In this document: positions 1 to 13,400 of the stretch, piece by piece
Layout of the letters: the number at the start of each line of letters is the position of its first letter
Position numbering within the stretch: position 1 is the first letter of the stretch
Assembly: GCA_000934665.2 (NCBI GenBank)
Contig: JYFJ02001980.1
Span: 52,484 to 72,483, forward strand
DNA from: Catajapyx aquilonaris
Taxonomy: Eukaryota
Direction of reading: 5' to 3'
Length of the DNA: 20,000 nt
Program-made: the position numbers and the translations under genes
Notes under the pieces: generated by a model
What the model saw: only the letters and a program-made list of their open reading frames with translations
Databases searched by the model: none
Told to the model about the DNA's origin: nothing

Positions 1-1659
1 CGATTTGTGCGAAATCATTAGGGTGACCATGCTCTCAAGTGGCCATCGCACAGATCGAGGCAGATTGTCAGACTGGGGGACGATTTCGCGAGTGTGCGAA
101 TGCCCCATGCACTGAATTTCAAATCTAGTCATGCCTTACCTAACCTACTGTATACTGCAATACCGAGTCTAATCAGTGATTTCAATTTTATTCTCGAAGT
201 AAATACCTAGTAGAATGGCATCTAAAATTGTTATCCTTTGACGGAGTTTGGTACTGAGATGAATAAGAAAATATACTAGTGGAACTTACAGGGATGGCGT
301 GGATCCCCACGAGAGACCAAGAAGATTGCGAGAGCTGTAGCTCCCGGAATACCGCCAAACTGAAGTGGCAAACAACAGTTGCCGTGTGTTAGGGGCGTGT
401 AGGGAAACCTTGAACTGTCTAAAGAAATGTTGACCATGAGGGCAGTTGACCCTCCGGTTTGGTGAATAGCCGGGGCGTTGGCCTTTCAGCTGCCCAGTTC
501 AGGCCTCCTGCTTGCCTTTCGGAGGAATGTGGGCTATAGGTGGCGGTGCTCTTGTCATGGAGACCCAATTTTATGACTTCGGGAGAAAATTATATATCCA
601 GTGTCAGAGGAATTGTGCAAGCTGATTCTAAACAATGGCAAAGCAATGACTTGTGAACGACCTTGCGAAGTGCCATAAATAAATAAGCAAATAAAAACAA
701 TATATTTGTATAATTTGAAGCGCAGTATTGCATTGCATAAAAATAGTAATAATAATTGAAGGGTTCCGTTTGGGAGCTGTGTAGTCACATGGCCACATCT
801 ACCTGTCTGATTGAATCGAATTGGCTACACGCGGTGTAAGAGCTTCTCCCGTTATTCTTGCCGAATGCTTTAATGCGTAGGAAGAAGAAGTTCGGAAGTT
901 GTAGATCGACAACAGAGTTCCCTCCCTGGGTTTAACTTAACCCACACCTAACATGGCCTTCAGAAACAATATCTTGCATATGTGGGTTTGCGGGTGTGTC
1001 ATTTACTTATGGAATTATTATTCATGCCGACGATTAATGTTAAACCCAACCTACAATGGCACTATAATTTTGTGATGTATTGACCATGTTCGCCTTTTCA
1101 ATGCCTTGTTTTCATTGGTAGACTACGCATCCTGCCAACTGGTGTTAACGAACAGCTTCGTCTAAGGAATTCCTGCATTATTTTGAAGACCTGAATTGCA
1201 GAGCGTCAGTATGAATTGGCACAATTTCGAGATGAGATGGTTAGAAGATTGAATATCGTGCTATATCCTTGGGGATAATAATTTTTAATTTAAAATGCTC
1301 TAAGCTAAGGTATGCCCTATTCATTTCTCTAACCTCTCCTGACCATTAGGAGGTACAGTAAAGCGCAATATTACATAATGCTTAACACAATATTTGAACC
1401 AAAGTGTGAATCTGATAGTTCTGAGTGTGATGTTTTCATTCAGATTCATTACTTTTACTTTCAAAACCATGAGAGACAATTATAGGCCCACTCCTTTTAT
1501 TTACAAAATTTAAACTGACTTTCAGAGTTGGTCAGAGTGAGTGTCGTGAGTGAAGCTGATAGCCGAAGTGTTGCAGGATGTATAAATAGTGTCATTTCCA
1601 TTTTGGCCACAAAAAAAGGATTTATTATAACTTACAGTAGCCCACCGATATACAGTATA

Positions 1660-2371
1660 CAGGGTTCGGAAATTGAAGGGAGGCGGAGTGGCGCTGCGGT
1701 TCGATCCAAGCTCGGCGTTCCCCCCTTCATCTCGTGCAGAGTTCGGGTCATCTCTGGCTTCGTCTCGGGTGGTATCTCCGTTAAGACAAACCACCCGGGG
1801 GAGTTCACAAACTGACCGCAACAACGACATTGCACTGCACTTTGCACATCCCATCCTGTCACCCTGCCCGTGGGTCCGGGCGTTTCAAAAACTATGGTTC
1901 CAATGTATAATACTATGTACAGTACAAAGAAACAACACCGGTACAATAAAGGTCCGTGCGAGAAACCCCAGTAGGGGTAAAGCACTACCCAAGGATTATC
2001 ACTGAGTATATGCAACATGGGTCTCCAACGCATAGTTACCGAGATAACTAGCATTAAATAAAAAGTGCATTATCCTAGGTTATAGGTATCGTATACTGCT
2101 TACGATACTTCAATCGCCTAGTCCATTCCCCGCTACACCTAACAGGATCGTAAATTTAAATTAAATAACATGGTAACACCTTCAATTTAAATGAAAAATG
2201 TAAGGTCGCGTGGAGGGACGCATACGTGCCAGGATATTTTTATACCTTGTGCTTGGAGGACATTATCTCCGTAACTATGCGTCGGAGACCCATGTTGCAT
2301 ATAGTCAAAGTGATCGCCTAGAACCCATATATCATTTCCCAAAGCGACGGTAGATTAAATTTCCGACCCTG
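1660..2371. mobile_element. Non-autonomous Tc1/mariner-type DNA transposon, about 712 bp
   Basis: Left end TA|CAGGGTTCGGAAATTGAA and right end TTAAATTTCCGACCCTG|TA form imperfect TIRs with a TA duplication. Contains an internal 41-bp inverted repeat (2007-2047 / 2263-2303). No transposase ORF. Confidence 0.7.
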
Positions 2372-3899
2372 TATATTGACATGCTTTCTAACGATTCACA
2401 ATACGCAAATATGCTATTTACGTATTTGCTCATATTTTCTAGTTTTTTCTCTTTTTCAATGAAGCTGCTAACTCATATTTCCTTCATTGTGAATTCCACT
2501 TGAATAACCAAATCCTGTCGATCATAATAATTATGTTAATATATTATGCTTCCACTAAGACGTAATTTTCTTCGGTGACACAGGGTTCGCCACTGTCTTT
2601 GCAACTTGTAGAGCCACATTCAAGGCTGGAATGACTTCCAAGCGTAATTTGCCGTCACCTGGCGGAAAACTTTGTAACTGTAAAGAAGCTGGGTCATCAT
2701 TTTTGGCGCTTAGTTTGAAACATTATTTCTAAAAGCATAACTCAATTTTAACCATTCCAAATACGATGCAATATTGCTATTAAAATTACTTCCGCCACTT
2801 TGTTATTGTGTGTTTATAAATTAGGCTCAACGTGTTCATATTTTTGCCCCATCCTCAATTCACTTGGTTTTAGGGGTGATATTTTTTTCGCATTAAAATA
2901 CATATTTTCTGCAACTTAATTATTGATGAAGCATATTTTTAATTATCTGGCTATTTTCTTCAAGTCATACTGAATTTTTTCTAAGATAAGGACATGGTGC
3001 TATGCTGGAGAAACTGTACATAACTACTTCAGAAAATAATTCTCGAAGAGTACACTTATTTTAGGAATGTAGGATCTGGATGTTAGATTTCGGTTATGTG
3101 TAACTGTTAGATGTCTGCATTGACATTTCCGTAAGATTTCGGCAGGAAGCCCCTGGATACAATGGGTCAATATTTTTGGAATGCCGTCCACATCCGAAAT
3201 CAGAAGCCTCTTGTAACGGAACACTGGGAGTAGAATAGCATTCCAAAAAGGTCTTCCAGCTGTGTGATTAATGACCACATTTGTTCACTTGACTCTCACT
3301 TTATTGCAATCTTGATAGTGTTTGATGACGCAATAGCCTATATCGGGAATATTACTTAGAATGTTGGAGGCGTCTTCATATTTCCATGAATGACGATCCG
3401 GTCCCATTTCCAGGAAAAATAAGTTGCAATCCGCGTTAAAATTAAGGTCAGTTACCCCTTCTTGACGTCAGCTACAAGCCACCTCAAATTTATCAAGAAT
3501 CACCATTTATATGATTGGTTCTATCTATCCAGCCTTTTCCTAAATAAATTCTTGACACCAATCTCCCTGACAATCAACTTGTCTAGGTCATATATTAGCA
3601 TTTGTCTCATAAGTTGAATAATTTTCATATATGACACCCTCTTTCTGTCACACTATACAGTTTCTCACGGTCTGTGACCTATTGTACGTGTCGAATTCCA
3701 AACTCCCGCTTTCCGTTAGAAAACCTCGCGACGATAAATCCAAAGCAACAATTTCCTGGAATAATTTGGAGCCACCATTGAACCTAAATCGTGCATACCA
3801 CCCCCCTCTGGGCTATTGTCTCAGAGGGAGCGGAAGAAGAATTACGGAAGAAGAAAAAAAAAAAATGCCGAAATGGTGCGTCCCTCCCTCTAGCTGTTG

Positions 3900-4065
3900 A
3901 TGGCGCATGACGTCACCACGGGGTGGACCAAGGGTCTCTAGAGGTAGTTGTTGGGTTGGAGCGGCCAAAAGAGAGCTGCTTCTTTGCGGTACACACACGT
4001 GGAGAGTGGTCGGGAGAGTGGTTCGTCAGTGCCAAACCCGACATAAGGGTGTGTGACAGGACAAC
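3900..4065 (+). promoter_or_regulatory. Putative mas core/proximal promoter and short 5' UTR
   Basis: GC-richer stretch just before the ATG with a CRE palindrome TGACGTCA (3908-3915), an E-box CACGTG (3996-4001) and an arthropod initiator-like TCAGT (4026-4030). No TATA box seen. The TSS is inferred only. Confidence 0.4.
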
Positions 4066-4165
4066 ATGAGGGCATTTTGCCTCTTGGTGCTTGTGGCTGT
4101 CCAGGCCAGAATATCCGAGTCGCAATCAGGAGGGTCGTCGAATTTTGCCGCCAGTTTGCTTACAG
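4066..4165 (+). CDS. mas: mas exon 1: signal peptide, [33 protein letters not shown](G)
   Basis: ATG in CAACATG context, hydrophobic core, donor CAG|GTAAT at 4166 in phase 1. Joins exon 2 to give [19 protein letters not shown], resembling the Masquerade N-terminus. Absent from the ORF track because it is short. Confidence 0.85.
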
Positions 4166-4895
4166 GTAATATATTGTCAGTTGCATGAGTTTCTAGTATG
4201 TAAACACCTCATACGCACCATATAGCGTTATATTTTTAACGTGTAAGCTATTTGGTATTCTTATGGTGTAGAGTATTACGTAAGGTTTGATGATAGGCGA
4301 CAAAAAGATGCCCTCTTTACAGTCCTCGATTACAGTTCACGTACCTTTATTGCCCTTGGTACAAATGGAGCGTTAAAAGGTATTGTTGTAAATAGCGAGA
4401 CCTGCCATCCGTTTGGCAGCAAATAAAGTTGACAAACCGGGTGCTTATTGGTTCACATAACGACGGGAAACAATCTTCAAATCGTAGGTCCTACTCATAA
4501 AACTAATTGGCGTGATCCGATTGCATGAGAAACAGGCTGCGATAGCCTCAGGATTTCCACTCCTTTGTAACCTTGATTGACAGTACATTATTGGGTTATA
4601 TCTTATCCTCCTATAATGTGGGTTACTGGAAGTAACAAGTTTATAGAAGAATTATATTAAAAAATATTTGGCACACCATAACGTCAAGGTTTTTGCGTCA
4701 CTCGGACGTACGAGTTCCCCAGGCACATCATTCTGTCTTTTTATGTAGTAACTTCTACTATCTGATCTTAAATATTTCTGGGATGTAACACGTGGTAACT
4801 TGTAACTGTACGTCGCTTAGACTTTTAAAAAAATATCCACTCTCTGACCTGGACTGGGCCATAATAACCAATATTGGCAGTCATCTCCTGAGTAC

Positions 4896-4961
<66 letters not shown>

Positions 4962-6250
4962 TTTGAATGAGAACAGCGAGGACTATCTATCTTTGTATCG
5001 GATCCTTATTTTGATGCTGTCGGAACCCCTGTTGAGTAGAGTTATCTCATGGGGCGTATGAATTTGCCACGTTCGCTAAGAATTCGGAAACCTTGCTCAA
5101 GGACACGTGATTATACCACGGTTATTTCCCAAGTGCATCTCTCTGTCATGGCCACCCACTTACCAGTGCTTCCGTGTGTAATTAATAAGAGCCACCCCTT
5201 TTTTTACTTTACCTGGGTGTTGACAGGATGAGTTTGCAAAATCTCTCCTTACCCCTATACTCTTTTGCATGTATGCGTGGGTTTTTACACCGGCGGGGTA
5301 AATTAATTTTTATAGTCAAGGGGTCACCGACATGACTGGCACCAAGCCAGAGATGCTTAGAATTCTTTCGTAATAGGCCTTGCATTTAATCGAGAGAGGG
5401 ATAAGTGTAATTTTTGGGTGGGGAAAAATTCAACAAATTGATTTACGGCCTCATTGGTCGTGTAATTTATGAGGCCAACTAATTTTGATTTACGAACTAC
5501 ACAGAGTTGTGGACAGAGTAGCGCACAAAAACACAATCAGCAAAAGCAACAAAGCGGATCAAGTAGGATTAGTTGTGTAGACACGAACAAAAACCCGGTG
5601 GTAAAAGAGGGAGAAAAAACTTGCCATACAAATGAAAATAATGGCTGCTGCACTAACCCGATTGCCTCTTCAACTCTTGTTAACAATTAATGCGGGCAGA
5701 TCCGCGTCCAGACCTGTCATAATATTATTGCTAGCCCCATATTGGAAGACTATGGTGTAATTGTAATTGCAGTGTTGATTGTTGCACCGAAACTGGCAGA
5801 CGTATTCGTTAGAAAAAATGGGACCTTATGTCCAATAGAATAGAATGGAGGTAAATATTGGCAGTGAGATACGATATCACAAGTTCCAGTAGCGATATGC
5901 CACACTTTGTTGTCTGTGCCCTGATTAAAATATATCATATATATCCAAACTACTTCGGTATGACATATTATGTCATACCGAAGCAGTTTGGAGGAGGGGA
6001 TATGGTGTTCGACTGCTAATCGGAAGGTCCTGGGATCAAATCCCGGGGCCGGCAACTCTGACCGTGGTTTTCTGGGGTTTCCCACGGTCCTTCCAGGAAG
6101 ATTCCGGAGTTGCTTCCGTAATTAATAGGCCACAGCCGCTTCCTTCCGTCCCTATCATATCCCAAAGAGCACAGTAAAATGAAAAAGCAAGGAGTTCCAG
6201 GTAAAACAAACTTCCCCCCTAAAGAGCCGATGGCTGATAACGGGGTATGA

Positions 6251-6318
<68 letters not shown>

Positions 6319-7408
6319 AATATATGTCCCGAAGGTCATGCATCCCCCCCCCCCCCAAATAGCAGTACCCGGTAGAGTACCAATTTTTAAAAAGCTGTAC
6401 CTTCGCCCGATTCAGCCACTGGAACCACATATAAACCACATGACACGAAGTACTCAAATATATGACAAGAGGAACTGTATTTTGGACACACCTTGCCATA
6501 ATAACGTTAGGCCAAATGAATCCAAGTATAACCAGTATGCCACACTGACTGAGTACATAACACATTAAGAGTGTGATACCGGGTCGTCCTCGGAACAAGG
6601 CATGTCGTATTTTTTTAAATGTCGAGCTGTCTGTTCTGGTGCTGTAAGTGCTCCATTTTTGAGCTACAGATGCACACCTTTCTGAAGGTCATTGCCGGGA
6701 CCTTGAAGTCCTTCCGAAAAGGGTCCGCTGGAATTCTTTTGAAAATAAAAAAAATCAAAAACCTTGAAATGTTTCAACTTCCCCTCTTAGGAGCAGCCAT
6801 TTTTCCCCCCAATGACAATACAACCCTGACACATGGAGAGCAAGGACTTAAAAAAACACGTGGCTGAACACAAGTACTACCAAAGCCGGGTTAAGTTTTC
6901 ACGCTAACAGTACCGGCCAGGTTGCCAAAGTTTCAGACGGAGGAGCCAACTAACTGTTCACCTGATCATATGGCCAGGGCCACGTACACGCTGTTGCCTC
7001 GCAGTAAAAAGTGGTTTCTCCCACGTACCGTTAGTAGGGAAAGGAGACTCCTACGCAGAATACTACATGACTTGATCAACCATGCAGAGTGAATCATTTT
7101 TGTCGCGGAATCCATATCCGTCATTAGATGCGATCTGAGGTTTCATGGCCTGATTTTTTTTGGTCTGAACTACTATTGTTGCGACTGATGATCAACACGT
7201 GTATTGTTTTGAAGATTTGTTGCGTCACAGGAAGTAGAATCAAATTCGGGTGTGGACCTTGTGAAATGGAGTGAGAAAGATATGCATGCAGGTGAATCGT
7301 TGATTCCCTTAGGTCATGTCTCCGCCCTGTTGTACCAGTTGTTCAAGATACAAAACGATGCAAGTGCAGTAGCTTTTGTGACAGGTGGACAGCCTATACC
7401 ACCTTCCC

Positions 7409-7483
<75 letters not shown>

Positions 7484-10400
7484 GGTAGTCCCCGGTCTAC
7501 GAACGGGGTTACGTTCCTGAAAATGTCCATAAGTCAGATTTGTACGTAACTCGGATCCCTGAGGAACAGCGCATATTATACCTATGTACAACGCGGTAAA
7601 GATACTGCTCCAACGAACCGCTTACGTCATGTGTGTCTGGTTTACATGCGCGAAGAACGTAGTTTCCGAATTATTTATTAATTACAGTATTTATGTTGAA
7701 CTTGGTGCCGATCAAAGTACGAAAAAGTGATTAAAAGTGGAGGAATGATCATAAATTTTCCGTCCGTGGAACCTTGGAAGCCCGTTCGTAAGTACGGATC
7801 GCCGTAAGTCGTAAACCGGGGACTATGTAATAATTAAGAAAGCGCTTTATTCAAAATATGCTTAAGAAGCCGTATAGGAGGTCCACAAATATTTTCAGTA
7901 AATTCATTCGAGATAGAAAAAGAGTGACACGTTCTGCTGAAAACATTACGAAATGATTAGTCTCACCTTTGAACATTAGGTTTATACCTGAATGAGGGGG
8001 ACGTGCAGATACTTCCGTTACCTGGAAAATCACAACTTCGGAGATGAGCACCTTTCCCCCTTTCACTTCAAGTTGTGCTTTCGCTTTGAATTACGTCAGT
8101 ATTTCTTGATATTTCATACAACTCATTTTTCTTGCGTCCAACAGTTAATGCCAAATTTATATAATTATAACTTTATAGGCATTTTTTTCGACATAAAATA
8201 TTTTTGTGGAGCATTTCTTATCGATTCATAGTAAGGTACTGTATACTCTACAGCAGATAGATATTCATTGCAAACTGTTCGGTCATAATCTCGGACATGA
8301 AATAAATTGTTGGACGAATCAAATAAGAGAAAAGCACTTACCAAGCACTTACGCGTGTGCATAGCAGGCTGTTGATCATGTTACTACAAGTAAATAAAAT
8401 AAATTAAATTGAGAGAAAATGAAACCCATTAGAGCAAGGGCCGAAGGCCTAGGTAATAGTGTAGATTCAGAGATCCAAGATAATAATTATGTAATTAATG
8501 TACACCTGTTCATTTAATCTACCTCATATACTGTATGTACCAATTAGTATTATTATTTTAGTTGGGGAGGCCCTTTCAGACTTATATTGAGCGTGGAGTA
8601 TTAGTAACTAAACTTAATTAAGTTTTTTAAATAAAAAAGATCAGCTTCACCATTTCTCTGCACTATGCCGGACTTCGGCCCTTGTTCAGATGGGTCATTC
8701 ATTAGTGCATGGATAAGTTACCGTTGAAAATATATTGAATCTGTAGATATTTTGAAACAGTAAGTAAGCTTACTTCGAGGGTTCTTAAAATATTCATCCT
8801 GCACAATGAAGTGACATTTATCGTTTGCATTTTAGTAATTAACATTTCAAAAAGAAGATCAAAAATTGTACTGCATAAATAACTTATTGTCATCACATTA
8901 ATTTGTATTGTACATTATAAGGTTCATTTCGCCTGCAATTCTCTATCCATATTAGTTTCGAGCGATGCTTTAAAGCTATAGTTTCCTACGATGCTTCTGA
9001 TCAGGTTAGTCACATTATCTTCCTGTCACAATAATAAAAGCCTGTTAAATTAAGCAATTAAAGTCCCTGCCCTTCGCAAAGTACCTGTGATAACACTATT
9101 GGCACCAATCCCAGTAGTGTGGGTCTCACGGTATACGGCCTCTTCATCCGTAAAGTCCGTGCTGCAACCCAGTCAAGTTCGAGCACTGGGTCGTGAAAAG
9201 TAAGGCAGTATCTAACTTGTCTTATACCCTTCGTTTCCATGACCTCTCTTCTTGCTACGCGAAATGCATTTGGAACCGTATATTGACACTTGTTCTGGAA
9301 CTGGAATGCTGGCATGTGGGAAAGCTAGTTCTTCTTTACCACTTGAAAGAGCTAGCTACCTTGTTATTTTTGAAACTGAGACATTTCAAGTGTAGTATGT
9401 TAATACATTGGTTACTACTTGTATTGTACGAGTTTTTAAATGCGCGTGGAATAAAAATGATAGATTACAAGAGAGAAAGAAGTAGCACTTCGTAATAGCA
9501 TAATACAATAATATCAATTGAAGTTTATGGAAGGGTATTAAAAAAGAAGTGTGTAAAAAATTAGGCAAGTAAGAATGGATGCGACCTACATCCCAATAAT
9601 TATCTTTCAATAAGCGGGATCATACCCTGTCTTGACCTACAGTAGATCTAGCTGACGTGAGTGTTGGTAGAAGCCGGATCATGGTTGCGCTTTGTGACCC
9701 AACTTTGTATTGATTTGCATGCAGCTCTGATCAAAGGACTTATTTCGTCACATACGAGTCCAACCAGGGGAATGTGTACTATAGGATAGCCTTTAAAATA
9801 TGCATAATGTCAAGTGCCATTCTTAGACAGGCAATGCTTCTCACTGGGCGCTCTGAAGTTATTGTATCATACAAACGCACTGGAATCACAGCTTGTTGTC
9901 AATCGGAAATCACAAAATACATCTGAATTTACAACTAAATGTCCACGGCTTGAAAATGTGGCGCATTTTATTACTGTTGTTGTTGTGGTGGTATACATTT
10001 CATATCATTTTTCTCTTTCTCTGTTGCAGGTCTTTTCGACACTATCACTGCAACGGCAGATAGCAAAGGTTGTCCGGGAAAATGTGTGCATGCTATTGCG
10101 TCGCTAATATGCGACGACGTGATTGAAGACGCACCATGTCCATACGCATCTCTTCGGTGCTGTATCGAGAAGAAGCCTCCACCCATTTATCATCAAGAAG
10201 GTCAAGGCTCTGGAGAGAAGCACGAGGTCTCCACGCGACAACCAGTCAGCGTCGAAGAAGACGAAGATGACGAGGATGACGAAGACGATGATCTGGATGA
10301 TGGGTATTACCGTCCTCACATCGTGACGGCTGCACCCTCGTCCACGAGACCCATTCCGACTACCCATAAGCCTACTACTACGACAACTACCACTACCACC

Positions 10401-13400
10401 ACAACTCGACCGACCACTACGACAACTACTCCGAGACCTAAACCAGTGAGCACGACCAAGAAACCTGTACCGAATCCCGCCATTAGAACACCAGTTGTGG
10501 TGAGTGATTCTGATATTACTTGACAAGGGTTTCATCTACAGTCATGCTCTCGCAGCTATATTATGAATAAGCAGTGGGACTGGTCAACGGTCGCTAAATT
10601 GGGTTGGATAGTCTGGTTTGACATGTTTCCAAAGGGACATGTTGCACTAAAAGGGATGGGGCATGGAGTTGCGTTTTGAATCACCAGACAAGAGCTTAGG
10701 GTTGTTGCTAGTTCGATACTAATTTTCGTCAAATGTGGTCCATCTATTCGTTCACAGCTGAGCGTCAAATCATATCGCTTAATTTTGTTGCGCAGTACCT
10801 TTTCATTACCTTTGGTAGTTATATTCAAAATTACACTATACTCGGCGTAAAAGTGACCTACCATACCTATACCCACTGTTGCAAAGGTCTGGCCTAGAAT
10901 TGATCAAAAACAAAACACAGTGCCGGATGAAACACGTGGAAGGGGATGCACTATGCTCTGGTATCTACTACTGTGCTCATCTGCTGTGCCTGCAACACTC
11001 TCGGACCTTTACAGGATAGTACTGTCTCAGTTAATTAAGTCCCGGCATCACTTCTCATAGGACCATGGGCGAAACATGGCAAATGTGGACAGACAGTGAC
11101 CAGGGAGACACTTACGTGGTGCAGAGCTTGCACATATTTGACTCTTACATTCCAAGGTATAGGAAATGTGCAAAAAAGGTGAACAATTACCACATAATAG
11201 GTTGAATTACACTGACATGGAGGTTGGGAATATGTAGGACGCCAATTTTTCCGATTAATAAGTTTTTTATGGAAAAGGTGATGGTTCCAATCAACTAAAA
11301 AGTGAAAGCTACAATTGCAAAATAAGTTCACTGAGCTGAGACATAATATGATCGTTGTGGTGCGAATTTTCATATTGTGCCATTTCAAACTCCCAGGGGA
11401 AGCGACTGGAAAGTGTAAAAATTTCTGTTCATTGATTTTTTCCCCCTTAGTATTGTTCGATGTCGTTCAATTGTTAGAGTAGCATATTGCTTGCTAAAAC
11501 TGACATTTAATAAAATTTGTGATTCCAAACTACAAGTACTGGTTGTGCATTGTGCCAATTTCAAGGGAAATGGTATTGCTGCGTATGAAATTATTCTATT
11601 CCGTGAATCTGATCTGCACGATGCAACTATTCACTAAAACTAACATTATCTTACAAATTAATAATTGTGCAATAATTCTAGTTGCACAATGTGACATTCC
11701 TTCAAACGGGGCAATCCTATAAGAAGCCAATAATAAAATCTAATTTTACTGTGTGTCTGCACCATCTACTGCTCTAACCTGGTGACGTGCCAGTTGAAGC
11801 AACGAAGACGCTGGCTAGAACTCTTGGGCTCTTTCCAACAACAACAACTTGACTAATGCGAATTTGAATGAAAAATATGCAACATTAAATGAAGGGGCGA
11901 TAAAATATAGGTGAAACCAAGATTGCAATAGAACATTTCCCTGGCAGTCTGATCATACTGTACAGTACTATTCACTATGCAAGCATGAATCAAAGATTGA
12001 TGCTGCGCCGTAACTGCAAATAGCCAATGTCGTTTCACCCACTTGTCCAAGCGAATGGGAACAGTTGCCAATATCACATTCAAACATGCATGTGCACATG
12101 CATACGTAACAGTTGTAGACCTACTTGCTCATTGTTTCCGACATCTTTGAATCCTATTTTATTTTTCTATGAAACCCTCATAATCGGAGCACAAACGAGA
12201 ATGACAAGAAAAACGAAGAAGTCCGTTATCTTAATACCCAATTTTTGTCGGGCGATTGTCGCGCTTATATTTGCATTTCACGCGCTGTCGCCTCTGCGTG
12301 AGACGCAAAAACCTTTCCTCGTGGTCAGTGTACCGTTGATGTAAAACCGTTCGATGACATGCAGTGAAAACCTAAATGAAACAAGAATGAAGATTAACTA
12401 TTACTGGAACATCTCCGAAACTGTTGGATGATAAATTGGGTTACGTATACATTGCATCTCATGACTAATGTAACTAATCATTGGGTTTACGCGATAAAAC
12501 TGCGTAGTTATGCAGTATATGACTCAGTTTCCTTCACAAGATTCAGACAGCCAGTTATAGTCCGTTCCGAGATGGGTGGGGGTGACGAGAGGAATAATAT
12601 ATTATGGTACCGTTATTCACGCATTGTTTTGGATGCTTCCAAAAGTGGGATCTTGCCAGGGACCACGCCCAAGTCATGCCCATTATTAGTACCGGTGCGG
12701 TGTAAGAAATAAATATTCATGCTTATTGGGAGCATCAGGCGGCAAAGGTTACAAAATAGATGAGCAGTAACATGGTATAGCGTGATTAAAAATAAACCAT
12801 TACACCTGGTTTTTGGCGACATTGAGTTCCAAACAGTACCATCTTTTGCAAGTTTTGATAAGTCTGGACAGAAAAAAACACAGTGCCGTTATCCATGTAT
12901 TCATTGTATTGCATTCATGCATGTAAGTTTGTTGTCGGTATTTTTTGTGGCGACAACATCCAGACTGCGATGTTAATATGAAAAACTCTCGCTTCGCTCA
13001 CATTTTTCTAGGGCGCAGGCCTAGAAAGCCACTCGCTTCGCTCTCTTGTTTCTAGGCCTGCGGCCTGTGGTGGTGGAGGGTGTATTGTTAATGGGGCGCA
13101 GTAGCAAAAATACGGTAAACCAGAAGGCTCTGCAGGTCTAGCTGACGAAGTGAGCCTACCGATTGTTTGGACAACAATAGAAAGCAATTGTTGCCCACTC
13201 TCAAACAATCCCCGTCCCGTTGCCATGCCGCCTTCCCCCACTTTCCGCCCTACATTTGAACCTTTTAGCCCGTATCTCTCCCACAGCAATCAGCGCCCTT
13301 GGTGACAACCACAAAAAAAAATTGTTTATGCATGCAGCATAGGAGGATTCAACATGTCTACACTTCTGCGACCGTAAGGCCTCAAATATGGTTCAATCTA

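Noticed and set aside
1..57. 12-bp imperfect inverted repeat at the window start
   Set aside because: It is truncated by the window edge and probably part of a repeat; too short to classify.
1522..2054. Four overlapping ORFs of 95-140 aa
   Set aside because: They lie in the GC-rich part of a non-autonomous transposon; no DDE or HTH motif is recognisable.
2400..3620. Possible decayed coding sequence on the minus strand
   Set aside because: Partial hand translation gave interrupted frames with no recognisable domain; BLASTX would be needed.
4792..7591. ORFs with poly-Ile, poly-Asn or poly-Leu runs
   Set aside because: They are translations of the AAT/ATT microsatellites, with no other coding signal.
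10500..10523. Truncated single-clip isoform by read-through to the TGA at 10521-10523
   Set aside because: There is a strong GTGAGT donor and no nearby canonical poly(A) signal; nothing supports the isoform.
10104..10535. 143-aa antisense ORF and an alternative-frame ORF over exon 2
   Set aside because: They are shadows of low-complexity mas codons.
13140..13190. CTGACGA...GAAA hammerhead-like core
   Set aside because: The required stems adjacent to the core do not form.
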